A stretch of 64,000 nucleotides of DNA. Origin: Candidatus Multivoradales bacterium (GTDB lineage Bacteria > Acidobacteriota > Thermoanaerobaculia > Multivoradales > J023). The stretch's first letter is position 1. The number at the start of each line of letters is the position of its first letter. The stretch spans positions 2,912,001 to 2,976,000 of the forward strand of contig CBDFLE010000006.1 in NCBI GenBank assembly GCA_965248925.1. Direction: 5' to 3'. Both the position numbers and the translations under genes were made by a program. Positions 26,377 through 36,370 of this stretch are shown in pieces. Below the pieces are notes generated by a model. That model searched no databases. It worked only from the letters and a program-made list of their open reading frames with translations, and was not told where the DNA came from.

Positions 26377-28253
26377 TCAAGCACCACGGCAAGTTGGCTC
26401 AGGTCCATCCCGAGATGCCCCAACTGGTCGACGACTGGCTCGCCGCTCGCGGTCAATCTTGGCGGCAGCTCGAGCGCGGCGAGATCAAGATCCCCGGCGA
26501 CGGGACCCCGCTGGACAACCTCCAGTTGTTCCTCATGCTCAACGACCCGGTGCTGTTTGCAGAGTGCTTCTTACACGAGAAGCCCGAGAACGGAGGCGGG
26601 CTGTGGAAGCTCTTCGACTACCAAAAGGCGTCACTCCGCTGGCAGGGCGACGTCCTCAACAAATCAGGTGCCGGGGTCGGCAAGACCCGCGAGCTAGTAA
26701 TCCTCACACTCTGGGGTCTGATCGCTCGCGAAGGCGGCATTCTGATCGTCGGCAATGCCGACGGCACACTAGAAGAGATCTGGGATGTCATCGAGTTCCA
26801 GCGGCGAAAATCCCCCTTCATCGGGCAGGAGCTCCCCGCCGCAGGCATCAAGCTCAACCCTTACAGATCCATCGCCGCGCGCAACGGCAACAAACTTCGC
26901 TGCCGCCCCACAGGCTTCCGTGGGGAGCCGCTGCGAAGCCTCCACATTAACCAGCTAATCCTCGGTGACGAGGCGGCGATGTGGAAGAACGGGAGAATCT
27001 ACAACGAGCTTTTCCGCGCTGCCGAACACGGTTGCAGAGTGCGGCTCTACTCAGTGCCCGATGGCGACCGGACTTGCCGCTTCTCGAAGATCGCCAAACA
27101 AGCCGTGCCCTTCGACCAGCTGACCGATCGGCCTGCCGCCGGCGAACGGTGCTGGGCGCTCGTGCAGTGGGAAAAGCCCATGATGCCGCCCCCCCACTGG
27201 GGACCCGAGCGGCAAGACGAGTTCGAGCGCCGCTACGGCGGCAGCCACACCAGCGGCTACCAGCAGAACGTCCACGGCCGTGACGGCGACCCGGTCGAAG
27301 CGGTCTTCCCCTGGTCTGTCATCGAGCGCCGCCTTCAGCCCCTGCCCGACTATCGAGTGATTCGCCTGGTCAGCAACACCGAAGAGGGCATTCTCCAGGT
27401 CGCGCGAGAGCGCCTCAATCCCCTCGAGGGACTGTCCGACAGCCGCCAGGAGGCTCTCGCACAGCCCCACATCATCGAGTTCACCGACGAGGTGCCCCTG
27501 GCTCAATTCGACCTTGCCGGGCAGTTGCGTACGTACATTCGCGGACTGATCCCACAGACCGAAGGTCACCTCGTGGCCGGCGTCGATTACGGCTCCCGCG
27601 TCGACCCGTGCGAAGTCTTGATCTTCAAGATACTGGGCCGGCGCCTAAAGCCAGTACTGCGGATCCAGATGAGATCCTTCGGCTACCACTGGCAGCGCGA
27701 GGTGACCATGGCGCTGCACGAAGTCTTGCCCATCGATCACGGTTGGGGCCTCGACGCCACCGGGGTCGGCAGCGCTGCAGAAGACGAGTTTCGCGCTGCC
27801 CTGAGGGATCCGGAAGCCGTCTCCGGATTCGTTTGGAACCGCAAGGTCGAATCCCAAAGTCCCGAGACCGGCGAGACCAAAGAGGACCCGGCCACCCATC
27901 AACCTCGGCGCGTCACGCTCCTCGAGCAGGCCATCTCACTCCTCGAGCACGCCCTCCAGCACGGGCATCTCGACTTCCCGGCCGATACCGATTGGCTAGA
28001 TCAGTTCCCGTCCTACACCGCCACGGTCAGCGGCGCCGATCGTCGTTTCAAGAGCAAAGACGACCACTTGGTGTCGGCAGCGGCAGCGGCCATTCTGCGC
28101 TGGTTCTTGCTCGAGTTCGGCCTCGCTGCCCCCCTCGAGATCCAGGTCATCACCGTCCCCGCCGCAACCCCTGGCGTCCTCCGCGGCATGCTCGGTGGCT
28201 CGGTTCACGACCTCGCCACAGGCCCACTCACCGAACTCTATGGAGGCATCTAG
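26373..28253 (+). CDS. Terminase large subunit
   Basis: LFDYQ, SGAGVGKT, ILGDEAA, AGVDYG, GLDATGVG and DDH. Confidence 0.88.
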   Translation: MIKHHGKLAQVHPEMPQLVDDWLAARGQSWRQLERGEIKIPGDGTPLDNLQLFLMLNDPVLFAECFLHEKPENGGGLWKLFDYQKASLRWQGDVLNKSGAGVGKTRELVILTLWGLIAREGGILIVGNADGTLEEIWDVIEFQRRKSPFIGQELPAAGIKLNPYRSIAARNGNKLRCRPTGFRGEPLRSLHINQLILGDEAAMWKNGRIYNELFRAAEHGCRVRLYSVPDGDRTCRFSKIAKQAVPFDQLTDRPAAGERCWALVQWEKPMMPPPHWGPERQDEFERRYGGSHTSGYQQNVHGRDGDPVEAVFPWSVIERRLQPLPDYRVIRLVSNTEEGILQVARERLNPLEGLSDSRQEALAQPHIIEFTDEVPLAQFDLAGQLRTYIRGLIPQTEGHLVAGVDYGSRVDPCEVLIFKILGRRLKPVLRIQMRSFGYHWQREVTMALHEVLPIDHGWGLDATGVGSAAEDEFRAALRDPEAVSGFVWNRKVESQSPETGETKEDPATHQPRRVTLLEQAISLLEHALQHGHLDFPADTDWLDQFPSYTATVSGADRRFKSKDDHLVSAAAAAILRWFLLEFGLAAPLEIQVITVPAATPGVLRGMLGGSVHDLATGPLTELYGGI

Positions 28254-28555
28254 TGAGTCTCAATCTACGTTTCGATGTCAATAACTCGGCTGGTCCCTTC
28301 GTCGGCAATTGGGACGGCGGTCGATTTACATTCACCGTTGACAGCGCGGCTAACTTCGACGGTGCCACCATCACGATTAAATACCGGCCGTGGGCCAATG
28401 GCAGCCTCACCACCATCAGCGCCGACCTCGAGGATCTCACCGCGCCGCCCCTCCACGCCATAGTCGGCGAGATCGCCCACTGCGAGATCGTCATCGAAAT
28501 CACTGGCGCCACTGCTCAAACCAACATCCCGGTCTATCTGGTACACATGCCGTGA
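28253..28555 (+). CDS. Small beta-rich virion-associated protein
   Basis: GTG start overlaps the terL stop. 100 aa. Confidence 0.6.
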   Translation: MSLNLRFDVNNSAGPFVGNWDGGRFTFTVDSAANFDGATITIKYRPWANGSLTTISADLEDLTAPPLHAIVGEIAHCEIVIEITGATAQTNIPVYLVHMP

Positions 28556-29289
28556 CCACAGTCTCCACCCACGCCGCCACCGGAACCGCCACCTGGTCGG
28601 CCACCGGCCGCCCCGATTGGCAAGGCGGGCGCTACCAGCTGCTTACCCACGCCGATCATGGCCTCACCCTCCAGGATGCGGCCGTCGAGCGCTGGTCCGG
28701 CCTCCACGGCGGCGCCTTCGAGCAGCCCGACCCCGCGCTCCGTGGTACCTACCTGGCGGACGCTGGAGATGGCATGCCCGCCGTCCAGTTCGACGCTGGC
28801 CGCTGGATGGTCGCCCACCGCACTCACGGCGGCAGCTTCGTCTCGCTGGTGGTTTGCCAGCCACCAGCCAACGCCTGCACCTACCGCGCCTACTCGCCCA
28901 GCAACCTCACCAGCTCCGCCTACGTCGCCACCCTGGCAGGCAATGCCTGCATCTCCGCCCAGCCCCAGGGCACCAGCCTCAAAGACGCGCCCGCCGCCTG
29001 GTGGGGCAGCGGCTGGGTCGTCTTCCGCCATCAAAGCGACGGCACTATCGCCGGCCATCGCCTGTTCGCCAACGGTGTCGAGATCCCCCTCACCCCCGGC
29101 GTCGTCAGCACAGATCCGGGAACCGCCCGTTGGCACGGCGACCTCTACCTCAACACTTTCAATGACGCGGGGACTTTATCCGCAGGCTGTTCCTATCGGA
29201 CTTTCTGTTGGATGAGCCCACTTCCATCACAGGCCGAAATCGAGCGGCTTGAAGGCCAGCTAGCCGCCAAGTGGGGGCTAGCCCTCTAA
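28552..29289 (+). CDS. ConA/LamG-like lectin-fold protein (putative head or fibre appendage)
   Basis: V.RWSG..G.AF.QP...PAVQFD...LFANG...EIERLE..LA.KWG. Confidence 0.55.
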   Translation: MTTVSTHAATGTATWSATGRPDWQGGRYQLLTHADHGLTLQDAAVERWSGLHGGAFEQPDPALRGTYLADAGDGMPAVQFDAGRWMVAHRTHGGSFVSLVVCQPPANACTYRAYSPSNLTSSAYVATLAGNACISAQPQGTSLKDAPAAWWGSGWVVFRHQSDGTIAGHRLFANGVEIPLTPGVVSTDPGTARWHGDLYLNTFNDAGTLSAGCSYRTFCWMSPLPSQAEIERLEGQLAAKWGLAL

Positions 29290-29299
29290 CGGCGCCGCC

Positions 29300-31828
29300 A
29301 TGACCGTCCTCACTGTTTCCAAGCCCACTCACTGGCTCGAGCGCGAAATGGCCAGCTCCGAGCAAGTCAACCGCGTCTTCACGCGGCCCGGGTCGACGTT
29401 CGTGGAGGACCCACACCCCTCAGAGATCCTCGCCAACCGATCCAAGCCTGGCCAACGCATGGGCCAACTTTACCGGTCCATGCGGCTATCAGATGAAGAT
29501 CTCGGTGGCATCTGCCTCAAACGAGGCGACGAAGTCCTGGCGCTCGATCGCTTGCTGCGCCCCGGAGACGACAGCCCCAAGGCCCGGGAGGCGATGGATC
29601 TCGCCCAATGGAACCTGGCCCAGATCAAGGGCTGGAGCGACCGCCTCCGCCACCTCCATAGCGGCGTATACGACGGTATCGCCATCCTCGAGCTGGTCTG
29701 GGAGCGCCTCAGCAGAGGCCCCTGGTCCCGCGCCTGGGCCATAGTGGACGTGATTGCCCGGCCCATGCACCGCTTTGCCTTCCGCCGCGGCCAGCTCTAC
29801 GTCCGCCGTGCCCTCGGCGACCCCATCCCGGCCCCGCCGAACAAATTCGTCGTATTCCGCCGCGGAGGACTCGATCGCGGTTGGCCCGACGCGCTGATGG
29901 ATAACACCTACTGGTCGTGGTTTCTGAAGAACCATGGCTGGAAGATGTGGGCCATATACCTGCAGAGATTCGGCAACCCAATCCCGGTGGTCACCTTCGA
30001 CACCGGCGGTACACGAGCCTCGAGGGGAGAAGCAATCGAAGGCACTGGCATCGACGCCAATAGCCAAGCCGAAATCGAGAAGGCCTTACGCGCCTTCCAA
30101 ACAGAGCAGGGATTCGCCCTCCCCAAGGAGGTCAAGATCGATCTCCTCGAGTCCAGCCGGTCTGGCGCCAGCTTCGAGACCTTCTCCTCAGCCTGCAGCC
30201 GCCGTCAGGCCCTACTATTCCTGGGCGAGGTCAACACGTCCGGCCTCAACCGGTCGATGGGCTCATTTGCCTCAGACAAGGTTGCCCACAAGGTCTCCAG
30301 GACCAAAACAAAAATCGACTCTCACGACCTCGGAACCACCATCAAAGACCAGCTCCTGAGATGGCTAACCCTGACCAACTTCGGCGATCTGGTCCCCGGC
30401 CCTGCCTACGAGTTCTCCGTCGCCGACCTCGACGATGGAGAGCAGCAGCGCCGCGGCGCCGACAACGTGCTCGAGTCCGGTGAGCCTGTCCCTCGCCGCC
30501 ACTACTACCGCGTCAATCGGGTGCCCGAGCCCCGCCCCGGCGAAGAGGTCATCGTCCGCCACCAAGCTGCGGATCCGCCCATCCAACAGCCGCCCGCGGC
30601 CGAGCTCACCGCCCGTTCGCCGGTCCAGCTCGCCGCGGCCGATCCGACCTCACGGGCTGAGGCTGAGCAGCGCCTCCAAGCCCTCGACCAAATCGCCACC
30701 GAGTTCAGCGGATCGACGATTGACTACTACCAGCAGCTTCGCGAGCAGCTGCTGGTCGCCTGGGACGCTGGCCAAGTCTCCCAGGGCACCGCGCTCACCG
30801 CGGCCCTCTCAGCGCTCGATCCAGCCGCCCACGCCCGCCAACTGCAGACGGCAATGGTCCACAGCACCGGCCTCGGCTTCGCCCATCTCCAGGCCGATGG
30901 ACTGCCGCCTCATCTCTGGTCCTGGCCCGGCCAGCCCGGGCCCCATGACGACGAGCTGCTCGACCTGCCGTTGACCGCCCCGCGCCCGGCCACCCTGGCA
31001 GTCGCTGACGGATTCTCCAACGCCCGGACCCCCGGCACAGCCGCCGACTTCTGGGCCGACCAGTTGTCAATCTCGCGGTCCCTCTTCGACCTCCTCAGCG
31101 ACACCCAACGCCGCCACGCATTCACCGTCGCCGGAGTCAACGACACCCGTCTCTTGCTACGGATTCATCAGCTGATGGCCACAGCGGTCACCAGCGACCT
31201 ATCGCGAGATGACTTCGTCGCGCAGCTCGACCAGCTCTACATCGCCCAGGGCGTCCACCCCACCGCCCGCTGGCACGCCGAGCTGGTCTACAGCAACAAC
31301 GTCCGCCAGGCCCACGGCGCCTTGCGTTGGCAGCAAACCGTCGGCAACCCGGCCGCCCACCGGCTGTTGCCCTACATCGAGTACTTCACTTTCGGCGACG
31401 ATCGCACCCGCGCCCGGCCCGACCACGACCACACCGTCCTCGACGGGCTTGTATTCGCGATCTCACACCCCATTTGGAACACTTGGTGGTTCCCGGCAGG
31501 CCACGGCTGCCGTTGCCTGATCGGCACCATCAATCGCCTCGCCGCCAAGCGCCGCGGCCTGCTCGGCGCCGAGCCCACTGGGCCATGGCCGGGCGACCCC
31601 CACGGCGCCGGCCGAGCCCTGCCGGATCCTGGATTCCGCGGCGTGGCCAGCCTCGAACCTCTCCAAGAGAAGCTCCTAAGCCAATTGAGCGGCCAGGTCT
31701 TCCAAGCCCGTCGTCGCCAGAACGAGGGCGAGCCCGGCGCGTTCGGCCTTTTGCAGGCGCTGCGCCTACTGCTCAACCTCCTGCTCGGTCCCAAGCTTGT
31801 CCGCGCACTCTTCGGAGGCTCCGAATGA
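29300..31828 (+). CDS. Mu gp29-like portal (DUF935) fused to a Mu gp30/F-like minor head domain
   Basis: G.AILELVW, W..YLQRFG.P and AFTVAG, then Y.T.GD.R.R..H..LDG....HP.W..W.P..H.CRC. Confidence 0.82.
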   Translation: MTVLTVSKPTHWLEREMASSEQVNRVFTRPGSTFVEDPHPSEILANRSKPGQRMGQLYRSMRLSDEDLGGICLKRGDEVLALDRLLRPGDDSPKAREAMDLAQWNLAQIKGWSDRLRHLHSGVYDGIAILELVWERLSRGPWSRAWAIVDVIARPMHRFAFRRGQLYVRRALGDPIPAPPNKFVVFRRGGLDRGWPDALMDNTYWSWFLKNHGWKMWAIYLQRFGNPIPVVTFDTGGTRASRGEAIEGTGIDANSQAEIEKALRAFQTEQGFALPKEVKIDLLESSRSGASFETFSSACSRRQALLFLGEVNTSGLNRSMGSFASDKVAHKVSRTKTKIDSHDLGTTIKDQLLRWLTLTNFGDLVPGPAYEFSVADLDDGEQQRRGADNVLESGEPVPRRHYYRVNRVPEPRPGEEVIVRHQAADPPIQQPPAAELTARSPVQLAAADPTSRAEAEQRLQALDQIATEFSGSTIDYYQQLREQLLVAWDAGQVSQGTALTAALSALDPAAHARQLQTAMVHSTGLGFAHLQADGLPPHLWSWPGQPGPHDDELLDLPLTAPRPATLAVADGFSNARTPGTAADFWADQLSISRSLFDLLSDTQRRHAFTVAGVNDTRLLLRIHQLMATAVTSDLSRDDFVAQLDQLYIAQGVHPTARWHAELVYSNNVRQAHGALRWQQTVGNPAAHRLLPYIEYFTFGDDRTRARPDHDHTVLDGLVFAISHPIWNTWWFPAGHGCRCLIGTINRLAAKRRGLLGAEPTGPWPGDPHGAGRALPDPGFRGVASLEPLQEKLLSQLSGQVFQARRRQNEGEPGAFGLLQALRLLLNLLLGPKLVRALFGGSE

Positions 31829-32871
31829 CTCATGTTCACCGACCACAAGCCGGTCCCTACATTGCCCTCACCGCCGAGGCCGGGATGGTCTGGCTCTTAG
31901 CCCGACCCATCGACCTAACTGAGACCCACGGCTACGACCTCACCGCCGAGCGTCTAGCCCAGATGGCCGCCTCGTACAACCCCGCCATCGAAGCCGCGGC
32001 GATCAACGTCGATCACGTCCGCTCGGGCGATGCTTTCGGCTGGCTGACCGACGTGCAGTGGGACGGCAAACACCTCACCGCCCGCCCGTCCAACCTCAGC
32101 AGCGAAATCGCCGAACGCGTTCGCGCTGGGAAGCTCACTCGCGTCTCCATCGAGTTCACTAGCAGCCACCCGGCAACGGGCGGCTACTACCTGACGGGCT
32201 TGGCGCTGCTAGGCGCCCAGACCCCTGCAATTTGGGGCTTGCCACCGATTGAACTCTCGTCTACCGAATCCATCTACCGCCTCCAGGAGGTACTCATGCC
32301 CAATCCTGCCCCCGTCGATCCACCGACTGACCCGCAGCCCGCTCCGCAACCCACCACACCGCCAGCTGCTCAGGGTCCTGCAGCACCGCCGGTCGCGGCC
32401 GCTGAATCGGTCACCGAGCTCAGTGTCCAGGTCCAACTCGCCCAGCGCGAGCGCCAACAGCTCGCCAATGACCGCCAACAGCTACGCGCCGAGCGCGCCG
32501 CCTTCGGCATCCAGCGCCAGGTCGACGCCCTCGGTCCACGCATCCCCAGCCAAATAGCCAGCAGGTTAGTCACCTGCTTGTCAGCTCTGTCGAGCGTCGA
32601 AAACCCAGTCATCGTCGAACTCGCGGTCGATAGCGGCGGCACCCGCCAGGCCGACGCCGTCACCGAGATCCTCGGCTGCCTTTCCCAACTGCCCGAGATC
32701 ATCACCCCCGGCCGCCAAGAGCTCGCGGGCCCCGGGGCCGACGATTCCGCCCCGATTACAGGGGTAACCGCCGACCAGCTCAGCGCAGGCATCAACGCTG
32801 GGCTGAGTTCCGAGCGCATCGCAGAGCTGGCCGCAAAATACCCGCTCAGCAACAACGAGGATCCAAACTGA
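31825..32871 (+). CDS. Mu-like prohead protease/scaffold
   Basis: INVDH, AFGW, VSIEF and LTGLALLGAQTPA, then a Pro-rich linker and coiled coil. Confidence 0.82.
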   Translation: MTHVHRPQAGPYIALTAEAGMVWLLARPIDLTETHGYDLTAERLAQMAASYNPAIEAAAINVDHVRSGDAFGWLTDVQWDGKHLTARPSNLSSEIAERVRAGKLTRVSIEFTSSHPATGGYYLTGLALLGAQTPAIWGLPPIELSSTESIYRLQEVLMPNPAPVDPPTDPQPAPQPTTPPAAQGPAAPPVAAAESVTELSVQVQLAQRERQQLANDRQQLRAERAAFGIQRQVDALGPRIPSQIASRLVTCLSALSSVENPVIVELAVDSGGTRQADAVTEILGCLSQLPEIITPGRQELAGPGADDSAPITGVTADQLSAGINAGLSSERIAELAAKYPLSNNEDPN

Positions 32872-33377
32872 TGTTAACCAGGAACGTCTCACAGAGGCCC
32901 GTCAAGCTCGGCAGCGGTAATGGCTGCCTCAACGTCGCCGTTGCCAAAGACGGTGTCAAATACTACAACTACGGCCTAGTCGTCCTCGATTCGGCAGGTC
33001 GTGCCATCAAAGCCTTGTCAGCCGCGGGCAACAGACCCGGCGGCGTGTTGATGCCACCCACCGGCCAGCACACTCACCCCGAACTCCGAGAGGGCTGTCA
33101 CCTCGACATGACCTCTGTCGGCTTCGATGGGTCCTTCGGCACCAACGGCACCGCCGACTACGAAGTTGTCTACGACCAAAAAGGCGAGTGGGCTTTTGCT
33201 GTGGGTGGCGGAACACCCGTCGCTGGCGCCGACGTCTACGCCCAAGCCGCCGAAGACGACAACACCGTCACCGCAACCGCGCCGGCCAACGCCACCAAGA
33301 TCGGAGTCTTCACCCGCCCGGCCCCCGGCCACACCGGTGCCGCCGAAGTTTGGTTCGTCGACCTCGGACGGTCCTGA
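32871..33377 (+). CDS. Probable capsid decoration/cement protein
   Basis: Lies between protease and capsid. G.DVYA..DDNTV......IG. Confidence 0.65.
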   Translation: MLTRNVSQRPVKLGSGNGCLNVAVAKDGVKYYNYGLVVLDSAGRAIKALSAAGNRPGGVLMPPTGQHTHPELREGCHLDMTSVGFDGSFGTNGTADYEVVYDQKGEWAFAVGGGTPVAGADVYAQAAEDDNTVTATAPANATKIGVFTRPAPGHTGAAEVWFVDLGRS

Positions 33378-33389
33378 TAGGAGCAAAAC

Positions 33390-34343
33390 ATGAGTCTCAA
33401 CCAGCTAAGGTCCCAAGTCCGTAACTACCATCCCGTAACCCTGGACGCATACGACAGGCTCGCCGGCGAAGAGGACCTGTTCAACCTCCTGCACCTACGT
33501 CACGACAACCGGACTCTCCGGGAGAACCCGGTACGGCTACGAGCCCCAGTAATCCTCGGCGGAGTTTTTACTTGGGCGGACAACGTTATGGCCACCGGCG
33601 CATTCGAAAAGATCGACTGGACGGTACCGGTCGCCAGCCGGCACGCCTTCGACTTGGTGCAAAAAGACGATCTGGATCGTCCTGGCACACTACTCAGCAT
33701 GCAACAGTCGGCGGCCACTTGGCCCGTCAAGATGCAACGCGCCAAGACCGATGCGCTGCTGGACATATTCCACCTCAATCCAGTCGCCTACACCCAGCAG
33801 CCGTTCTTCAGCAATGTGCACGACAAAGTTGGCGACAACACCGGAACGTTCGACAACACGGTTCTCCTTGGCTTTGCGACCCCTGCGTCGCCAACGCTAG
33901 CCGAAGCTCGTGCATTCATGGATGCGGTTGCTGCCCGGTTCGTGCTCAACATGCGCCTCCAGAGCAGCGTCACGGACTCTGCGAAGTTCGACGGAAGTTT
34001 TGTGGTCATTGTCCACAATCTGTCCCATTTCAATGTTCTAAACCGCCTGCGCCGAGAGCCGCAACTCGTGGAAGGCGGCGCGCTAGTACCGAATCCGTAT
34101 CACGGATTTAGGCTATTCCTCGACCACTACAACTTCTTGGGCGACGCCGCCAACGAGTTCGAGGTTGTCTACACCGGCACACCGGGCATATTGCCATGTT
34201 GGTATGTACAGGATAGCAACCCTGAAAATGACGTCTGGGACGGCAAAGAAGTTCCGACAGGATACGTCGCCCCGGGGATGAAGGAATCCTGGGGCCTCAA
34301 GCCTGCGTTCCCAGAATCGTGCATACGCGGCGTGGTGACCTGA
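33390..34343 (+). CDS. Major capsid protein (Mu gpT-like)
   Basis: 317 aa, position, and AYTQQPFFSNVH resembling the gpT motif CYDGQ.FF...H. Confidence 0.72.
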   Translation: MSLNQLRSQVRNYHPVTLDAYDRLAGEEDLFNLLHLRHDNRTLRENPVRLRAPVILGGVFTWADNVMATGAFEKIDWTVPVASRHAFDLVQKDDLDRPGTLLSMQQSAATWPVKMQRAKTDALLDIFHLNPVAYTQQPFFSNVHDKVGDNTGTFDNTVLLGFATPASPTLAEARAFMDAVAARFVLNMRLQSSVTDSAKFDGSFVVIVHNLSHFNVLNRLRREPQLVEGGALVPNPYHGFRLFLDHYNFLGDAANEFEVVYTGTPGILPCWYVQDSNPENDVWDGKEVPTGYVAPGMKESWGLKPAFPESCIRGVVT

Positions 34344-34636
34344 TGCCGTATTGCATCACTGTCAAACGTCACGTCGCCGAAAGCCACCACGGCTGCTTCA
34401 ACTTCCTTTCGCCGAGCGGTGATCTGGTGTGTTTCTCTTCCTCGCCCACCTATGCCGATACCCTGCCCGACCCCCTGCCAGATGGTTGGAGGGAGCAGCT
34501 GGCAATGGTCGAGATCGACGACGTTCCGCCCGGAGCTGAGGTCATCAATCCCACCGAAACACAGACTTCCGAGGCCGACCCATCGTCGGCCAAGACCGAC
34601 CCATCTAAACGCAAGACCCGCCGAAAGACCAAGTAA
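34343..34636 (+). CDS. Hypothetical protein after the capsid gene
   Basis: TGATG coupling and a basic C-terminal tail. Confidence 0.6.
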   Translation: MPYCITVKRHVAESHHGCFNFLSPSGDLVCFSSSPTYADTLPDPLPDGWREQLAMVEIDDVPPGAEVINPTETQTSEADPSSAKTDPSKRKTRRKTK

Positions 34637-35077
34637 ATGCCCCTGCTCGATCCATCCGGCCTCTACCAGCGCTCCGGCGGACAAGCCCGCGTAGAGCGCC
34701 TTTCAGGTATCGAAGACCCCGACCTCGGCAGCCGAGCCAAAATCGCGCTCGCCGAGGCCGAGGCCGAGCTACGCTCGTACCTGCTCAAGCAATACACCCC
34801 AGAGCAGCTCGAAGCCCAGCCCACCCCAGAAGTCGTCCTGTCTAAATTGGCCGACCTCGGCCTCTACCATCTGCTGCGCAACATCCACGACCGAGTGCCG
34901 GATGATGTCGTCCGCCAGCGCGACGAAGCCATCGGCTGGCTAGGTCGCGTCGCCCGCCGCATCGCCTCGCTCGAGCTACCCGGCTCACCACTCGAGGACA
35001 ACCACCGCGTGTCGGTGCACATATCAAAGCCGCCCAGCGGCCCATTCACCGACGGAGGACTCGACGAATGGGGCTGA
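34637..35077 (+). CDS. Mu gp36-like (DUF1320) head-tail adaptor
   Basis: A.AE..SYL...Y..P......DL..Y.L......A..WL..VA. Confidence 0.8.
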   Translation: MPLLDPSGLYQRSGGQARVERLSGIEDPDLGSRAKIALAEAEAELRSYLLKQYTPEQLEAQPTPEVVLSKLADLGLYHLLRNIHDRVPDDVVRQRDEAIGWLGRVARRIASLELPGSPLEDNHRVSVHISKPPSGPFTDGGLDEWG

Positions 35078-35535
35078 GACTCACCGTACGGACCGAAGGA
35101 GCTGATGCGATCATCCGCCGCCTCGAGGCCCACGCCGAGAAGCATCAGCAGCCCAAGAGCCTACTGCTCGAGGTGCTGGCTCAAGAGGGCGTCACTGCCT
35201 TCCAGGCCAATATCCGTTCCGAGGGCAGCCGCCTCTCAGACCGTGGCATCAGCTGGCCACCGCTCCACCCCGTCACCCAGAAGATCCGTCGCCATTACGG
35301 CCACGGCAGTCGCATGCTAGTGCGCAGCGGCGATCTACTGCACTCCATCCGCCCTCTCACCTTCGGCGACGACCACGTCGACATCGGCACCAGCGCCCGC
35401 GGCGCCTACGTCGACCACCACGGCGGCACCGTCGATCGCCGCCAGGTGCCAGCCCGGCCCTTCCTTTTGCCGACAGTGCAAGACGCCGACGATTGGATCG
35501 CCCTCACCGCCGACTACTACACACCGGCAGCATGA
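35068..35535 (+). CDS. Phage virion morphogenesis protein (Mu gpG-like)
   Basis: W.PL...T...L..SG.L..SI...IGT...Y..H.GG...VPARPFL. Confidence 0.85.
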   Translation: MGLRLTVRTEGADAIIRRLEAHAEKHQQPKSLLLEVLAQEGVTAFQANIRSEGSRLSDRGISWPPLHPVTQKIRRHYGHGSRMLVRSGDLLHSIRPLTFGDDHVDIGTSARGAYVDHHGGTVDRRQVPARPFLLPTVQDADDWIALTADYYTPAA

Positions 35536-36029
35536 GCACCTATCCCAACATCCCGGCCTCGCCCGACTCCGAGATCGCCGAAGCCATGATCGCCCTGCTC
35601 GCCGCCGATCCGCTGGTCCAAAAAATTACTGGCCAGCCTGTGGGCTACGAGATCGAAGAGCTCATCTTCCGCGACGCCGCCTTCGCTGCGCCTCACCTCG
35701 CCGTGCTGCTCGATTTCATCGACGAGCGCCGCGCCGGATCCGGCCGCCAAGCCGAGCTCGAGGTTGGCCTCCAACTCGCCCTCATCACCCACGCCACCGG
35801 CGCCGACACCGGTGGCTGGTGGCGATCGCGCTATACCAACCACATCAAGAGCCTGGTCGAAGTCGGAGCTGGCCAGCTCAGAGACCCCGATGGTCGACTG
35901 CTGACTCTGGCCCTCACCCGTTGGCAGCGCCTGCCACCGGCCCAGCTACGCCAGCAGAGCTACATCGTCACTCCCTTACGGGTTGTGCTCGAGACCCGTA
36001 TCCACCAAGCCCAGAGGATCGTCACATGA
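35532..36029 (+). CDS. Putative tail terminator/completion protein
   Basis: Position, size and translational coupling. Confidence 0.55.
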   Translation: MSTYPNIPASPDSEIAEAMIALLAADPLVQKITGQPVGYEIEELIFRDAAFAAPHLAVLLDFIDERRAGSGRQAELEVGLQLALITHATGADTGGWWRSRYTNHIKSLVEVGAGQLRDPDGRLLTLALTRWQRLPPAQLRQQSYIVTPLRVVLETRIHQAQRIVT

Positions 36030-36370
36030 CTACCCCAGCCCATCCTGAGCCTCCACCGGTGCTCGTGCAATTCCTCGGCCGCACCGCACAGGTGGTCCAC
36101 CTGCGCGACCCCGACAAAGGTCTGCGCTTCAAACCCAAGCAGATCCGCAAGATGCCACCCCGCGACTTCTTCGACCTCGCCGGTGCCGACTTCGTGCGAG
36201 TCCTCACCAGAACTGAGGCGCGTTCAAAGTTCCAGCTTCCGAAGGGTTTTGATCTTGCGCCGTTTACCGTGCAGCACGAAAAAAGGCAAATCGTGCCGCT
36301 AATCCACTCCACCTGGCTGGCTCTGATCAAAGCCGGCAAACGCTCGGTCACCCCGGAGGCCTCAGAATGA
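36026..36370 (+). CDS. Hypothetical protein
   Basis: ATGA overlaps on both sides. Confidence 0.6.
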   Translation: MTTPAHPEPPPVLVQFLGRTAQVVHLRDPDKGLRFKPKQIRKMPPRDFFDLAGADFVRVLTRTEARSKFQLPKGFDLAPFTVQHEKRQIVPLIHSTWLALIKAGKRSVTPEASE

